Assembly (NCBI GenBank): GCA_041674765.1
Contig: JBAYVE010000005.1
Location: forward strand, 1,645-65,644
DNA from: Patescibacteria group bacterium
Lineage (GTDB): Bacteria > Patescibacteriota > UBA1384 > XYA2-FULL-43-10 > 1-14-0-10-43-13
Length of the DNA: 64,000 nt
Direction of reading: 5' to 3'
Positions within the stretch are counted from its first letter, which is position 1; every line of letters starts with the position of its first letter. Under the pieces are notes generated by a model that worked only from the letters and a program-made list of their open reading frames with translations, was not told the origin of the DNA and did no database searches. Shown here piece by piece: positions 9,373 through 19,974 of this stretch. Both the position numbers and the translations under genes were made by a program.

Positions 9373-11271
9373 TTATATTTTTAGGAGTTCTTCGATAGTG
9401 GTTTCGCCGGTTAAAACTTTGCTTAGGCAATGTTGCCGCAATGTAATGAAACCATCTCTTTTGGCGGAGTCGATGACAGAATTAATCCTTCCTTTAATCA
9501 TAAGGGATCTCCTTTCATCATTGAGAGATAAAACCTCAAATATCGGAGTCATTCCCTTATAGCCACTATAGCCACATTTGGCACAGCCTTTACCGATATA
9601 GAACTTTGTTCTGTTCTTAACGCAGGTTTTCAATAGCGGTGGTAGGGACTCAATCTCTTTTTCGAGTTGTCTCTCAAGATTGCCCGCTGAGGCTTCCTCT
9701 TTGCAATAAGGGCAGACTTTCTTGACTAGCCTCTGATTCATATAACCAACCAATTTGGATCCATAATTTTCAAGATTAATTTTAAACCCTACTAATAATT
9801 TATAAAGCATCTCGAAGTCTCTAATGTTTAGTGATGCCATTGTTAAGCATCCTCTTGGCGCCTCCTCAAACATTAATTTGGTTATTTCTGAGCCATCGAG
9901 CTTGTCGATCATAATCACATCGGGAGATTGCAGAATTGCCGAACTATAGCCCGCGATATAGGTATAGCCCAAACTCTCATCTACCTGACTTTGGTTGACA
10001 CCGTCTAGTCTTGATTTGATTGGGTCCTCTAAAGTGATGATATTCAAACTTTCTGCTTCCATATTGGAAATTAATGCATAAGCGGTCGTGGTCTTACCGG
10101 AATTGGCCGGTCCTAATATTAGAAAAACTCCCTGTTTTTCCGTTAGCTCTTTTAGTGTCTTTTTTTGTAGGGGTAACAGGCCCAAATCGTCAAAATCAAT
10201 CAGGGAATTTTTCTCAGAATGGTCTACCCGAATTAATATTTTTTCCCCAAAAGCGAGCGGCATAGTCGAGACTTCAAAATTGATGTTATGGCCGTCGATC
10301 TGAAGAGAAAATTTACCTGTTTGCGGAAGACGGTTTTCTTCGTTTAGGCTAGCCAGGTTTTTTATCTTCATATTTATTGTCTCTCTAGAATGTGCCGGCA
10401 ATACCCCACGCTTGTAGAGAATTCCTTCAATTCGGAAACGGATTTGGATTTCATTACTAATCATATCAACATGGATTTCACTTGCCTCTTCGCGAACCGC
10501 TCTTTTAAAAAGAAGCGATAGGATCCTGTTGGGCGACTCAGAGGGCATCTTCTCTTGAGCAAAAGTGTTTCCTTCGGGGTAGACAGGGAAGATTTTTTCC
10601 AGATCCGTCTCACTTGCCAGAAAAGGAAGGATTATTTTTCCGGTGGTCTTCTCGAGCAGATCGATGGTGTCCAAATCACCTGGATCAGCCATCGCTAAAG
10701 AAATAACACCGTTCTTCTCATCAAAAGGAACGAGCCGACGTTCGACAGCAGTTTTCAGAGGAATCAGCGAAAGAATATCTTCTTTGATAGTTTGTTCGCC
10801 TAAATCGATATAGGCGACAGAGCTCATTTTCCTTGGCTGGAACTCATCGATGGTAGTTTCATGTCTGAAGACTCTAATAGGAATTTCGGAGTTTGGATCG
10901 GGCTTCTGTTCGGCCGTACTGTTCGCCATTAGTTGTTCTTTGATAATTTTGCTGGCGCCATGTGTCACAATCTTATCTGGCATCTCTATTCCCTTATCAA
11001 CAAGCTCTTTTACGTTGCCAGAGGGCATCCACTTGACGGCGTTTGTCGGGAGCATAATCATCTGTTTCTTTTTGCCAAGCACCGGATGGTAAATGATTTT
11101 GGAAGGATAGTGAACGGTATAAAAAGAACCGAAATTAGAGTAAATTACTTTTTCGCCTTTGGAGAGAGCATCAGTCACAACGGAGCCGAAACTGTCGATC
11201 AGTTCCTCGGCTTTTTTGTATGAAATATTGCATTTTTTTGATAATGCCTTTGCTAGTTCTTTTTTTGTCAT
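9373..11271 (-). CDS. HU-like DNA-binding domain fused to GspE/PilB-family ATPase (degenerate motifs)
   Basis: MTKKELAKAL..NFGSF HU-like start; MADP N-domain; RLPQ.G; GPANSGKTTT; TLEDP; CPYC..CAKC; GETTIEE. Confidence 0.85.
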   Translation of the reverse strand: MTKKELAKALSKKCNISYKKAEELIDSFGSVVTDALSKGEKVIYSNFGSFYTVHYPSKIIYHPVLGKKKQMIMLPTNAVKWMPSGNVKELVDKGIEMPDKIVTHGASKIIKEQLMANSTAEQKPDPNSEIPIRVFRHETTIDEFQPRKMSSVAYIDLGEQTIKEDILSLIPLKTAVERRLVPFDEKNGVISLAMADPGDLDTIDLLEKTTGKIILPFLASETDLEKIFPVYPEGNTFAQEKMPSESPNRILSLLFKRAVREEASEIHVDMISNEIQIRFRIEGILYKRGVLPAHSRETINMKIKNLASLNEENRLPQTGKFSLQIDGHNINFEVSTMPLAFGEKILIRVDHSEKNSLIDFDDLGLLPLQKKTLKELTEKQGVFLILGPANSGKTTTAYALISNMEAESLNIITLEDPIKSRLDGVNQSQVDESLGYTYIAGYSSAILQSPDVIMIDKLDGSEITKLMFEEAPRGCLTMASLNIRDFEMLYKLLVGFKINLENYGSKLVGYMNQRLVKKVCPYCKEEASAGNLERQLEKEIESLPPLLKTCVKNRTKFYIGKGCAKCGYSGYKGMTPIFEVLSLNDERRSLMIKGRINSVIDSAKRDGFITLRQHCLSKVLTGETTIEELLKI

Positions 11272-11729
11272 ATCCACTCCTTTAATATTGAGGCGCAAAG
11301 AGGAAAATCGAGACTTTACGGGTCTAAATGAAGCCTTACTCCTCTTTCATATTACAGGCTCAAAGAAATATTTGCAATCGTTTTGTCCCCGAAAAAAGCG
11401 GAAATTAGAGTAGTTGCAAAGTTTTTGTAAAGCATTTTTATGGGAACTATAGAAATTTATCAATATCTATTAATCAGCTACTGTGTACATTCCTGTGGAT
11501 GAGTTGGGGACAAGTTTCTTATTATAAATTATGATTTATGAATTATGAATTAGGGACTTGCTTTCATGACTATCGAAAGCAAGGCATTTCTTAAGGATTG
11601 GAGAAAGACATATAATAGGTTAGTTCGTAAGGCCAGAAAGTCCCAGGTAGGTTATAAAGCTAGGACAGCATTACTACTTTATGAACTTAGTGCCTTATGA
11701 ACTTTTTACTAGCAAACCGGAGGTTTGTT

Positions 11730-13376
11730 ATGGCTTTTTACCAAAGATACCGTGCAAAAAACTTTAACGAGATGGTCGGTCAGCAACATGTGGTTGCGAC
11801 TCTTTTGGCGAGTATCAAAAGCGGAAGGCTGGTTCATGCTTATCTCTTGACGGGACCGCGGGGGATCGGCAAGACCTCTACGGCGCGGTTGCTGGCAAAA
11901 GCAATTAACTGCAAGGAAACAGATAAACTGCGAAAAAACGGTAAGGAGGTCAGCGGCGAACCTTGTAATGTTTGTGACGCATGTTCCGATATCAATTTAG
12001 GCCGCTCGATCGATGTTATCGAGATTGACGCTGCTTCAAATACGGGCGTTGACAATATCAGAGATTTGATCGAGAAAGCCAGGTTGATGCCCACCAATTC
12101 TTTGAAAAAGGTTTATATCATCGATGAAGTTCACATGCTTTCGAAAGGTGCCTTCAATGCACTCCTAAAGACGCTAGAGGAACCGCCCGAGCATGTCATT
12201 TTTATCATGGCTACGACTGAAGTTCACAAGATACCGGCTACCATTTTATCCCGGGCCCAACGTTATGATTTTAAACGCGCCAGCAAAGATGACCTGATCG
12301 AAAATCTGGAAAGAGTTTCCGAGTCTGAGAAGATGACTATCGATCGGGAAGTTCTAGATCTGATTGCTGCAGCGTCTGCCGGCGGCCATAGAGATGCCCT
12401 TAGTCTTTTGGAACAGCTCAACTCAATTTCGGGCAAGATCACTCTTGAAAAAGCGAGAGAGGTGCTTGGTCTAGCCAAATCGGAGGAAATTTTAAAGTTA
12501 ATCGGGACGATTTTTAATAACCAACCGGAGGAGGGATTAAAAATCGTCCAGAGCTTATATACAAACGGTTCTGATCTTGCTGAGTTTAATAAAGCAATGA
12601 TTGAAACAATGAGGCGGATATTGTTGCTGAAAGCGGCAGGAGAAGTGCTATTTGAGGATACGGAGGAGAATATCAAGGAGATGCGGCGACTGTCGGAAAC
12701 TATTGCCCTAGGACGTCTCGTAGAGATAATCGAAAATTTTATAGAAGCCAATTCTCTTTTAAAAAATGTTCATTTTCCGGTTATGCCGATCGAGATTGCT
12801 ATCATCAAGTCAATTCCTACGCCAGCTATTTTGCCCACAAATGAGGCTATCAAGCCTGATCCTCTACAGGCTAAGCCACCGGCAAGTCAGGCAGTCAGTA
12901 GGTCCCAATCAGAGGTCAGCCAATCTTCAACTAAAATATTAGTAAGCCGTCCAGACAGTGAGAGGGCCGATAAACCGGATTCGCCGGCTATGAAGTCAAC
13001 CGGCCCTGAGATTAGTGAATTGTCCGATCAATCTACTGTTCCGGTTCAGGTTCTGGAAATGACGAAGGACATCTGGAAATCAATCTTGGATAAAGTGAAG
13101 GTTGATAATGCGACACTTTTTGCTCTGCTTAAGGATGCTAACCCCGAAGGTATGACCGATGATGCACTGACTCTAGCGGTTAAATTTAAATTTCATCGGG
13201 AGAAAATCTCTGAGGGGAAAAATATGAAGGTTCTGGAAGATGCGATTAGAGAAATAGCAGGAAGGAAGCTCTCAGTTATTTGCAAAGAGCAAGGCGGTCA
13301 AAACCTATCTCGGGCAAAGATTGAGAAAATTGACCTGGAAAAAACAGTTGGCGAGGTCTTTCAAGTGGAGGAGTAG
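11730..13376 (+). CDS. dnaX: DNA polymerase III subunit gamma/tau
   Basis: GPRGIGKTS, EIDAAS, DEVHMLS, FNALLKTLEEPP. Confidence 0.97.
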   Translation: MAFYQRYRAKNFNEMVGQQHVVATLLASIKSGRLVHAYLLTGPRGIGKTSTARLLAKAINCKETDKLRKNGKEVSGEPCNVCDACSDINLGRSIDVIEIDAASNTGVDNIRDLIEKARLMPTNSLKKVYIIDEVHMLSKGAFNALLKTLEEPPEHVIFIMATTEVHKIPATILSRAQRYDFKRASKDDLIENLERVSESEKMTIDREVLDLIAAASAGGHRDALSLLEQLNSISGKITLEKAREVLGLAKSEEILKLIGTIFNNQPEEGLKIVQSLYTNGSDLAEFNKAMIETMRRILLLKAAGEVLFEDTEENIKEMRRLSETIALGRLVEIIENFIEANSLLKNVHFPVMPIEIAIIKSIPTPAILPTNEAIKPDPLQAKPPASQAVSRSQSEVSQSSTKILVSRPDSERADKPDSPAMKSTGPEISELSDQSTVPVQVLEMTKDIWKSILDKVKVDNATLFALLKDANPEGMTDDALTLAVKFKFHREKISEGKNMKVLEDAIREIAGRKLSVICKEQGGQNLSRAKIEKIDLEKTVGEVFQVEE

Positions 13377-13379
13377 TCC

Positions 13380-13499
13380 AAAGCTAAAAGCTAAAGGCTA
13401 AAAGCTTAAAGCTGAAAGACGAAAGCCGAAAGCAAAAAGCTTAAAGTCGAAGGCTAAAAGCTAAAGGCTTAAAGCTTAAAGCTGAAAGCAAAAAGCGGG
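13380..13499 (+). repeat. tandem heptamer array (AAAGCNN, about 17 units)
   Basis: aaagcta aaagcta aaggcta aaagctt aaagctg.. between dnaX and dnaB. Confidence 0.9.
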
Positions 13500-13528
13500 A
13501 AAGTTTATCAAGTAAAGTGTAGGTAAAT

Positions 13529-14932
13529 ATGGCGCGGGAGAAGAATTACAATCAAAAACCGGAAAGCGGAATGTCGAAGCCGCTGACTCTTCGAATGCCG
13601 CCTCAAAACAGTGAAGCGGAAAGAAGTGTGTTGGGTGCGGTACTAATCGATCCGGATGCATTGATAAAAATTGCTGATATTGTGCATGATGATGATTTCT
13701 ATGATAGCCGTCACGGTTCGATCTTCATGGCGATGATCAATCTCTTTGAGAAGCGGATGCCAGTCGATATCGTCACTCTGTCGGAAATCCTGGAAACGGC
13801 AGGTCAAATCAAGGCGGTGGGCGGTTCCGCTTATTTGGCGGAGATTGTCAACTCCACACCTTCGGCAGCAAATATTGTCCACTATGCCCAAATAGTTCGG
13901 GACAAAGCAATTCTGAGGCGCCTGATCTCAGCCGGGGTCGAGATCACGGAGGCTGGCTATGACGAAGATGCCGATATCTCAGAAACCCTCGATGAAGCGG
14001 AAAAAAGATTGTTCGCTGTATCCCAGAATTCACTGAAGAACAAGTTCGCTGCGATTAAGGATGTCCTGACTGACGCTTTTGACAGAATCGATAAAATTCA
14101 CAAAGACAAAGACTCCGGCGCTTTACGGGGTGTTCCGAGCGGTTTCCGTGATTTGGATAGTGTGACCGCCGGTTTCCAAAAGTCTGATCTAATTATCCTA
14201 GCTGCCAGACCTTCGATGGGTAAAACTTCTTTTGCTCTAAACTTAGCCGAAAACGCCGCAATCGACGAAAAAATTCCCGTCGCTGTATTTTCACTTGAAA
14301 TGAGTCAGGATCAGCTTGTGGATCGTCTGCTCTCCTCCCAGGCGGGTGTTGATTCGTGGAAGCTCCGGACCGGCAACTTATCCGACGACGACTTTCCAAA
14401 GATTGGCTATGCGATGGGGGTCTTGTCGGAGTCTCCGATATTTATCGATGATTCGCCCGGCGGCAATATTATGGAGATCAGAGCCAAAGCCAGACGTCTT
14501 CAGATGGAGCATGGCCTTGGTTTGATTATTATTGACTATTTGCAGTTAATGTCAGGCCGTTCAAAAAGTAGCGATAACAGGGTACAGGAGATTTCTGAAA
14601 TATCGAGAGGACTGAAGGGACTTGCCCGTGAGTTGAATGTACCGATAATAGCGTTGTCGCAGCTTTCGCGTGCTGTAGAACACCGTGACGACAAACGGCC
14701 GCTTCTGTCGGACTTGAGAGAATCGGGCTCGATCGAGCAGGACGCCGACGTTGTCATGTTCCTCTATCGTGACGAATACTATAACCCGGAGAGCGATAGG
14801 AAGGGCATTACCGAGATTTTGATCCGCAAGCATAGAAATGGTCCGACTGGCAACACTGAGCTGTTCTTCAATCCGGCTCAGATGAGATTTAGCGATTTGG
14901 AAAAAAGGCGAGAATTCACTCCGGCCGAATAA
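13529..14932 (+). CDS. dnaB: replicative DNA helicase
   Basis: ARPSMGKT, FSLEMS, IDYLQLM, DLRESGSIEQDAD, KHRNGP. Confidence 0.98.
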   Translation: MAREKNYNQKPESGMSKPLTLRMPPQNSEAERSVLGAVLIDPDALIKIADIVHDDDFYDSRHGSIFMAMINLFEKRMPVDIVTLSEILETAGQIKAVGGSAYLAEIVNSTPSAANIVHYAQIVRDKAILRRLISAGVEITEAGYDEDADISETLDEAEKRLFAVSQNSLKNKFAAIKDVLTDAFDRIDKIHKDKDSGALRGVPSGFRDLDSVTAGFQKSDLIILAARPSMGKTSFALNLAENAAIDEKIPVAVFSLEMSQDQLVDRLLSSQAGVDSWKLRTGNLSDDDFPKIGYAMGVLSESPIFIDDSPGGNIMEIRAKARRLQMEHGLGLIIIDYLQLMSGRSKSSDNRVQEISEISRGLKGLARELNVPIIALSQLSRAVEHRDDKRPLLSDLRESGSIEQDADVVMFLYRDEYYNPESDRKGITEILIRKHRNGPTGNTELFFNPAQMRFSDLEKRREFTPAE

Positions 14933-15036
14933 ATTTTAGTTCGGAAAATTTAATACTTGAGCTCATCATCATACTAAATTTGCACCTTTTCGTTTTTACT
15001 TGCTATAATCGATTGTAAGATAAACAAGGAGTCGTT

Positions 15037-15546
15037 ATGTTTGGGCACAACAAAGCATCGCTTGAACAGATAATGAACCGTTTCAATCAAGATAGTGAGG
15101 GCCTGAAGGCACGTAAGGAGGAAGAGAAGAAGTCACAGGATGAATTTGCAGCAAAGTTTGAAGAGACGAAGAAAGAAATAATCTGGCCTGCTTTTGTGGA
15201 TATAGGAAATCAGCTAAATGGATATGGGCATGATTATCATATTTCCGAGGCACAAGAGTATGTCGATGCGACAGCTCACTTTACTCCCTCTTCGATCACC
15301 CTGAATATTTATCCGGCTGTTGTCGACAAAGCATTCTACAAACCTGACTGTACTCCCTATGTTTCTTTTATCGCCAACAGATATGCCAAGAAGGTGGGCA
15401 TTACTGTCTCGACGATGATGCCAGAGGATGGTGGTGCTATCGGTTCTCACGGGGAGTTTGAACTTGAACAGATTACCGGTGAATTCGTGGAGCAGGAAGT
15501 AGTCAAAGTATTGCAAAACACGTTGATATTCCATAAGGAAGGCTGA
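15037..15546 (+). CDS. hypothetical protein
   Basis: 169 aa ORF with AGGAG RBS. Confidence 0.7.
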   Translation: MFGHNKASLEQIMNRFNQDSEGLKARKEEEKKSQDEFAAKFEETKKEIIWPAFVDIGNQLNGYGHDYHISEAQEYVDATAHFTPSSITLNIYPAVVDKAFYKPDCTPYVSFIANRYAKKVGITVSTMMPEDGGAIGSHGEFELEQITGEFVEQEVVKVLQNTLIFHKEG

Positions 15547-15628
15547 AAGCCCAAAGCTTAAGGCCAAAAGTAAAAATAATATATTTACGCTTTAAGCTTT
15601 TTGCTTTTAGCTAATAAATTGGAGGAAC

Positions 15629-16024
15629 ATGGACATTGCGACAATTCAGAAGAGGATTGAACAACTCGAAAAACTTGAACAGGAATTCAAGATTAATAAA
15701 GAGATGTTGAAGGGCGAGCTTGAAAACGAGGTAACTTATCTTGAAGTTGCCGAAGAGGTAAAAGCCGCTGTTCAAAAGAGAAAACAAATCAAAGACGAGA
15801 TTCTTTCCAAGGGACCAAATCAGGAAGTCGTTTCTAATATCAAATCCACTCAGGAGGAGATAGGAACTCTCAAAGAGATATTATCAGCCGAGCTGACAGA
15901 GATATATAGAGAGAATCAGACTGACGAGATAGCCGGTCGTAAGTTCAAAATCAATGCCAAGCTTTTGCCGAAGAAAGGTGAGTTTCGGAATGATTATGGA
16001 CAATTTACGCCACAGGGAGAGTAG
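15629..16024 (+). CDS. hypothetical coiled-coil protein
   Basis: 131 aa ORF with GGAGG RBS. Confidence 0.75.
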   Translation: MDIATIQKRIEQLEKLEQEFKINKEMLKGELENEVTYLEVAEEVKAAVQKRKQIKDEILSKGPNQEVVSNIKSTQEEIGTLKEILSAELTEIYRENQTDEIAGRKFKINAKLLPKKGEFRNDYGQFTPQGE

Positions 16025-16211
16025 ACGCAAAATTTCTAATTTCTAACTTTCTAATTTCTAAACAAAAAACTTTCAGTTTTTAGTTATTGGTGCTTGTTTA
16101 AGTTAATTAGTCCGCCGGCTGGCGGATCAGGCCAATTAGGTTAATTTTAATTAATAAACTAGTCTCATCCTGTCAAATTCCATATTACACCACTTTTATA
16201 TCCCCAATCCC

Positions 16212-16349
16212 TTGACAAGTTATGGCTTGGTTTGGTACAATAATTTAATTTCCAAAAAGAAAAACGAACATTAACAACTTAAGAGCGAAACGACTGGAGG
16301 GTTAAATAAACAATATTAAATATTGCGCCCTCTAAAGAGAGCGCTTTTT
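16212..16349 (+). promoter_or_regulatory. promoter followed by ORF-less short unit and terminator
   Basis: TTGACA-18-TACAAT; gcgccctc..gagagcgc stem plus T-run at 16325-16349. Confidence 0.5.
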
Positions 16350-17206
16350 ATTATCAAAAATAATTTTCCTTGAATTGAGAATTGTCAATTGATAATTAAA
16401 AATTGCGAGCATTTGCGAGAATGAGATGGGGAAGGACCGGTTCCCTCCGCCTGTCCTTATGAGGAGAGAAATAATCGTTAAAATTACTGGTTATTTTCAA
16501 AATTTCTATAAAGTCATAGTAATATGAATTGATAGATAAACTCCTCCCCAGCTCATTCTTGCAAACAATGGAAAGAGTCCCAACGTAAGTCGGGATTCCC
16601 ATTACATTGGAACAAGAATAAAAACAAAAACGTAGTAATCTTCGAAAAGTAACAGAAGTTATTTAAGAGGAGCTACTAAAAAATATCCTCCTTCGCTGGA
16701 AAAGCTACGGAGGACAAGAAAAAGCACTGGCCGAGTTTGATATAAATAATCAAAAGACTCGAAAAGCCAAAAAAGTGCAAAAAACAGGCTGAAAACCAAG
16801 CAAATTGAAAACAAACTACTGAAAAGAAGAAAAAAACGCCCCGATGATTTAAATAAATATCGGGATGCAAGCAGAAATCATAAGAGGCCAAGATCAGTCT
16901 CTCCTAAGGGATGCAAATCTTTTGGGGGAAACACAAAAATCGTAACCTCTTAAAAAGGGCATAAGTTGCCGGCCGAGACATATTATAAAAAAAAGTATTC
17001 TCGATTAGTCCTTCAGCTTACGCCCAACCTAAAAAATCCCATCAAAAGCAGAAAGCCAAAAGCTCAAAGCAAAAAGATTGGGATTTTTTATTTATAAAAT
17101 TATACAACACCTTCATAACAATTGTCAGAATGACAAATAAATGTTAAATAAAGTAGGAAGCGGAGTATCAGGTGAACTCTGCTATCTCTTTTTGGAGGGC
17201 TTATAA

Positions 17207-17782
17207 ATGCCGACGTTTGATTCACAGGCATTTCCACTGGATCCGACAAGGTTGACAGATGCTACCAGGGTGGTTTTTGTCTTCGGGAGCGAAAACGACT
17301 ACCTCGCTACCGAAAAAGATCGGGCACGGGTCGCTCGGCTCTTTGAAGTAATGAATCTGTCCCCTGATTGCTATGATGTCACGGTGATTTCCGCCGACCG
17401 GAATGGCCAGGAAATCGATCAGTATGCTGAGGCGCTGAGTCAGCTCAAGAATCTCCGGGCAGTGATCGCCATCGCGGGAATGAGTGCAATTTTACCGCGG
17501 GTCTTGCCACGGAAGACGGGCTTCACTGTACCAATCCTGGCGGTCGGAATGCCCTCAAATGGCTACCCCGATGGCGATGACGCGCGCCTGACTATTACCA
17601 GAGTGCCGGGCGGCGTCTGCCCACCCGCCTATTTTGAGACACTTTATGCCGCCGCCATGTTTGCGGTTCAAATCATCTGTGTCTCACATGACATTCCGGA
17701 ATACTTGGGGCGATTCCAGAATTACATGGCAAATAGCCCCGACGTGGTGAGGGATGCGCTGGGCGGTTTGCCGCTCTACTAA
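17207..17782 (+). CDS. divergent PurE-like (AIR carboxylase family) protein
   Basis: FGSEND (cf. MGSDSD), VISADR (cf. VASAHR), IAIAGMSAILP, DGDDA..VPGGV. Confidence 0.7.
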   Translation: MPTFDSQAFPLDPTRLTDATRVVFVFGSENDYLATEKDRARVARLFEVMNLSPDCYDVTVISADRNGQEIDQYAEALSQLKNLRAVIAIAGMSAILPRVLPRKTGFTVPILAVGMPSNGYPDGDDARLTITRVPGGVCPPAYFETLYAAAMFAVQIICVSHDIPEYLGRFQNYMANSPDVVRDALGGLPLY

Positions 17783-17839
17783 CGCCAAAAGAATCGTAGT
17801 TCTATGGGACTGCTCTCCTCGGAGGGCGGTCCTATTTTT

Positions 17840-18534
17840 TTAGAGACCAAGCAGCTTTTCCAAATAAGTCTTCATCTCCAGCTGGGAGGGGATATCATTT
17901 TCCATCTCTAAGGCGATATAATCGCCGAAGTAATTTTTCGGATAAGCTCTCAAATAATTGAGCTCAGAAGTGCTTTTTGGAAAATGGTTATCATAGCAAA
18001 TACGTTCATAGTTATGGGCGTCATTATGCTCTGGCTTAGCAGTCACACCGTTGATATGATTGGCACCGATCGAAAATTTTCCGAGAATATTTATAGTTTG
18101 TATATATTTGTCAGGGAAGAGGCGGCGGGCGTTTTCCAGGTGAGAGGTGTCAAGGCAAATACCAGCAAACTTTGCTACTTCCTCTTCTTGCAATGGTTCC
18201 GGGCCGGCATTTTCCATATACATAATGCTGTTATTTTTTTCCAGTTTGGATTCGTTTTTCTCTCGATGGAAGGGTGAATATTGCAGCGTTCCATGCCAAA
18301 GCGTTCGACTAGGTAGCCTATCTCTTCGTCTTCAAAATCAGAGCGGATATGAGCAAAGGGGATTTTGATATCCTTCAATTTTTCCAGAAAGCGGTAGAGC
18401 TTCTGCCTTTGTGCCATTTCGAAACAGGTCGGGAAAATTGCGAACTCTTTGATCTGAAGACGTTTAATATCTTCAAGCTGTTTCTCTGAAGGATCATTGA
18501 TTGTAGTCACACTGACTAATATTTTCTTTTTCAT
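17840..18534 (-). pseudogene. frameshifted TIM-barrel (AP endonuclease 2/xylose isomerase-like) gene
   Basis: Overlapping ORFs 18175-18534 and 17840-18223 join if the A7 run at 18234-18240 gains one base; MEN, CLDTSH, ALE motifs. Confidence 0.65.
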
Positions 18535-18622
18535 AAGGATAGAGTAACTTTTTTGGGATCAAAAATAAAGCAGCGCACCCAATGGAGGTAGGATGCGCTG
18601 TGCAGGTGCCGCTGAAATAGAG

Positions 18623-19585
18623 TTAGACGGCGAGGGTCGTGCCGGTAATCCGGTGGTAGGCTTCCAGGTACTTTGCCCTGGTATTCATCACCACTTCCTC
18701 GGGGAGGGTTGGTGCGGGTGGTTCCTTGTTCCAACCGAGCGTTTCCAGGTAATCGCGCAGATACTGCTTGTCGAAGCTGTCCTGTGGACGCCCCGGTTCG
18801 TATCTTTCCATGTCCCAGAAGCGGGAGGAGTCAGGCGTCAGTACTTCATCGGCGAGTACGATGTTGCCGTGTATCGGATCAATGCCGAACTCAAATTTCG
18901 TGTCGGCGATGATGATGCCTCGCGTGCCAGCGTATGCAGCAGCGGCTGAGTAGATCTCAATGCTGAGTTCGGCGAGATTCGCGATAACATTAGCTGGGCT
19001 CATATCGCATTTGATACGATTATCAGTCATCCACTTGTCAACCACACCAACCGCTGTCGCAGGGGAGATATTTTCGTCATGACCGATCTCTGCTTTGGTG
19101 GTTGGCGTGAAGATTGGTTGGGGTAGACGATCTGATTCACGTAGTCCCGGGAACAGAATGTTCCCACATACACCCCCGGTTCGCTGATATTCCTTCCAGC
19201 CGCCTCCTGCAAGGTACCGGCGGACGATGCACTCAATAGGGATGATGTTCAGCCGTTTGACGATCATGCTTCGTCCTTCGAGTTGGCCGCAATAGGGCTG
19301 AAGCGGTGTGGGGAATACATTGATATCGGCGTCGAGCATGTGGTGTCGGAAGCCGGTTACCCTGCCCGGCAAATGTCCGAACCAGAATTGAGATATTTGC
19401 GTCAGCACACGGCCTTTGTCAGGTATGCCATTTGGCATTACGACATCGAAGGCAGAGATGCGGTCGCTGGCGACGAAGAGTATTCGGTTCTCGTCGACTG
19501 CATATACATCGCGGACCTTTCCGCGGCCAAGCAGTTCCAATCCGGGAAGATCGGAACGCAGGAGGGCAGAACTCTGTTCAGGCAT
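18623..19585 (-). CDS. purC: SAICAR synthetase
   Basis: GKVRD, SDRISAFD, DTKFEFG, DEVLTPDSSRFW, DKQYLRD. Confidence 0.97.
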   Translation of the reverse strand: MPEQSSALLRSDLPGLELLGRGKVRDVYAVDENRILFVASDRISAFDVVMPNGIPDKGRVLTQISQFWFGHLPGRVTGFRHHMLDADINVFPTPLQPYCGQLEGRSMIVKRLNIIPIECIVRRYLAGGGWKEYQRTGGVCGNILFPGLRESDRLPQPIFTPTTKAEIGHDENISPATAVGVVDKWMTDNRIKCDMSPANVIANLAELSIEIYSAAAAYAGTRGIIIADTKFEFGIDPIHGNIVLADEVLTPDSSRFWDMERYEPGRPQDSFDKQYLRDYLETLGWNKEPPAPTLPEEVVMNTRAKYLEAYHRITGTTLAV

Positions 19586-19713
19586 TTTTTTTAGTTTCCT
19601 CTCAGTAGATTGTCCGAAGACTGCTATAATAAAACATTTTATCACTCGTATGTCAATTTAATAAAAAAATATGGCCGTCATCGCGGTGAAGCGATGCCGG
19701 CCATATGACAATA

Positions 19714-19974
19714 CTATCTCCCGGACTGGGAGATAGGGGCAAGGGTTGAAATTGGCAACCAATGGCTACCAGAGTGGTCACCAGGATGGATGATCACCTC
19801 GACATATCCCTTCCATTGAGGGAGATCATTGTTATCGGGCATCTTGCCTAGGACACCGGCGCAGCCGCCAAAGACGCCAGATGGAATCGAAACTGAATCA
19901 AACGGTAAGAACTCTCCGATTTTTTCATCGGTGTACGGAAGCCGTCCTTTAGGGGAATCGAATTTGTTCTGCAA
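19714..19974 (-). CDS. hypothetical protein
   Basis: 86 aa, GGAGGT RBS before TTG, followed by terminator-like hairpin 19664-19705. Confidence 0.55.
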   Translation of the reverse strand: MQNKFDSPKGRLPYTDEKIGEFLPFDSVSIPSGVFGGCAGVLGKMPDNNDLPQWKGYVEVIIHPGDHSGSHWLPISTLAPISQSGR

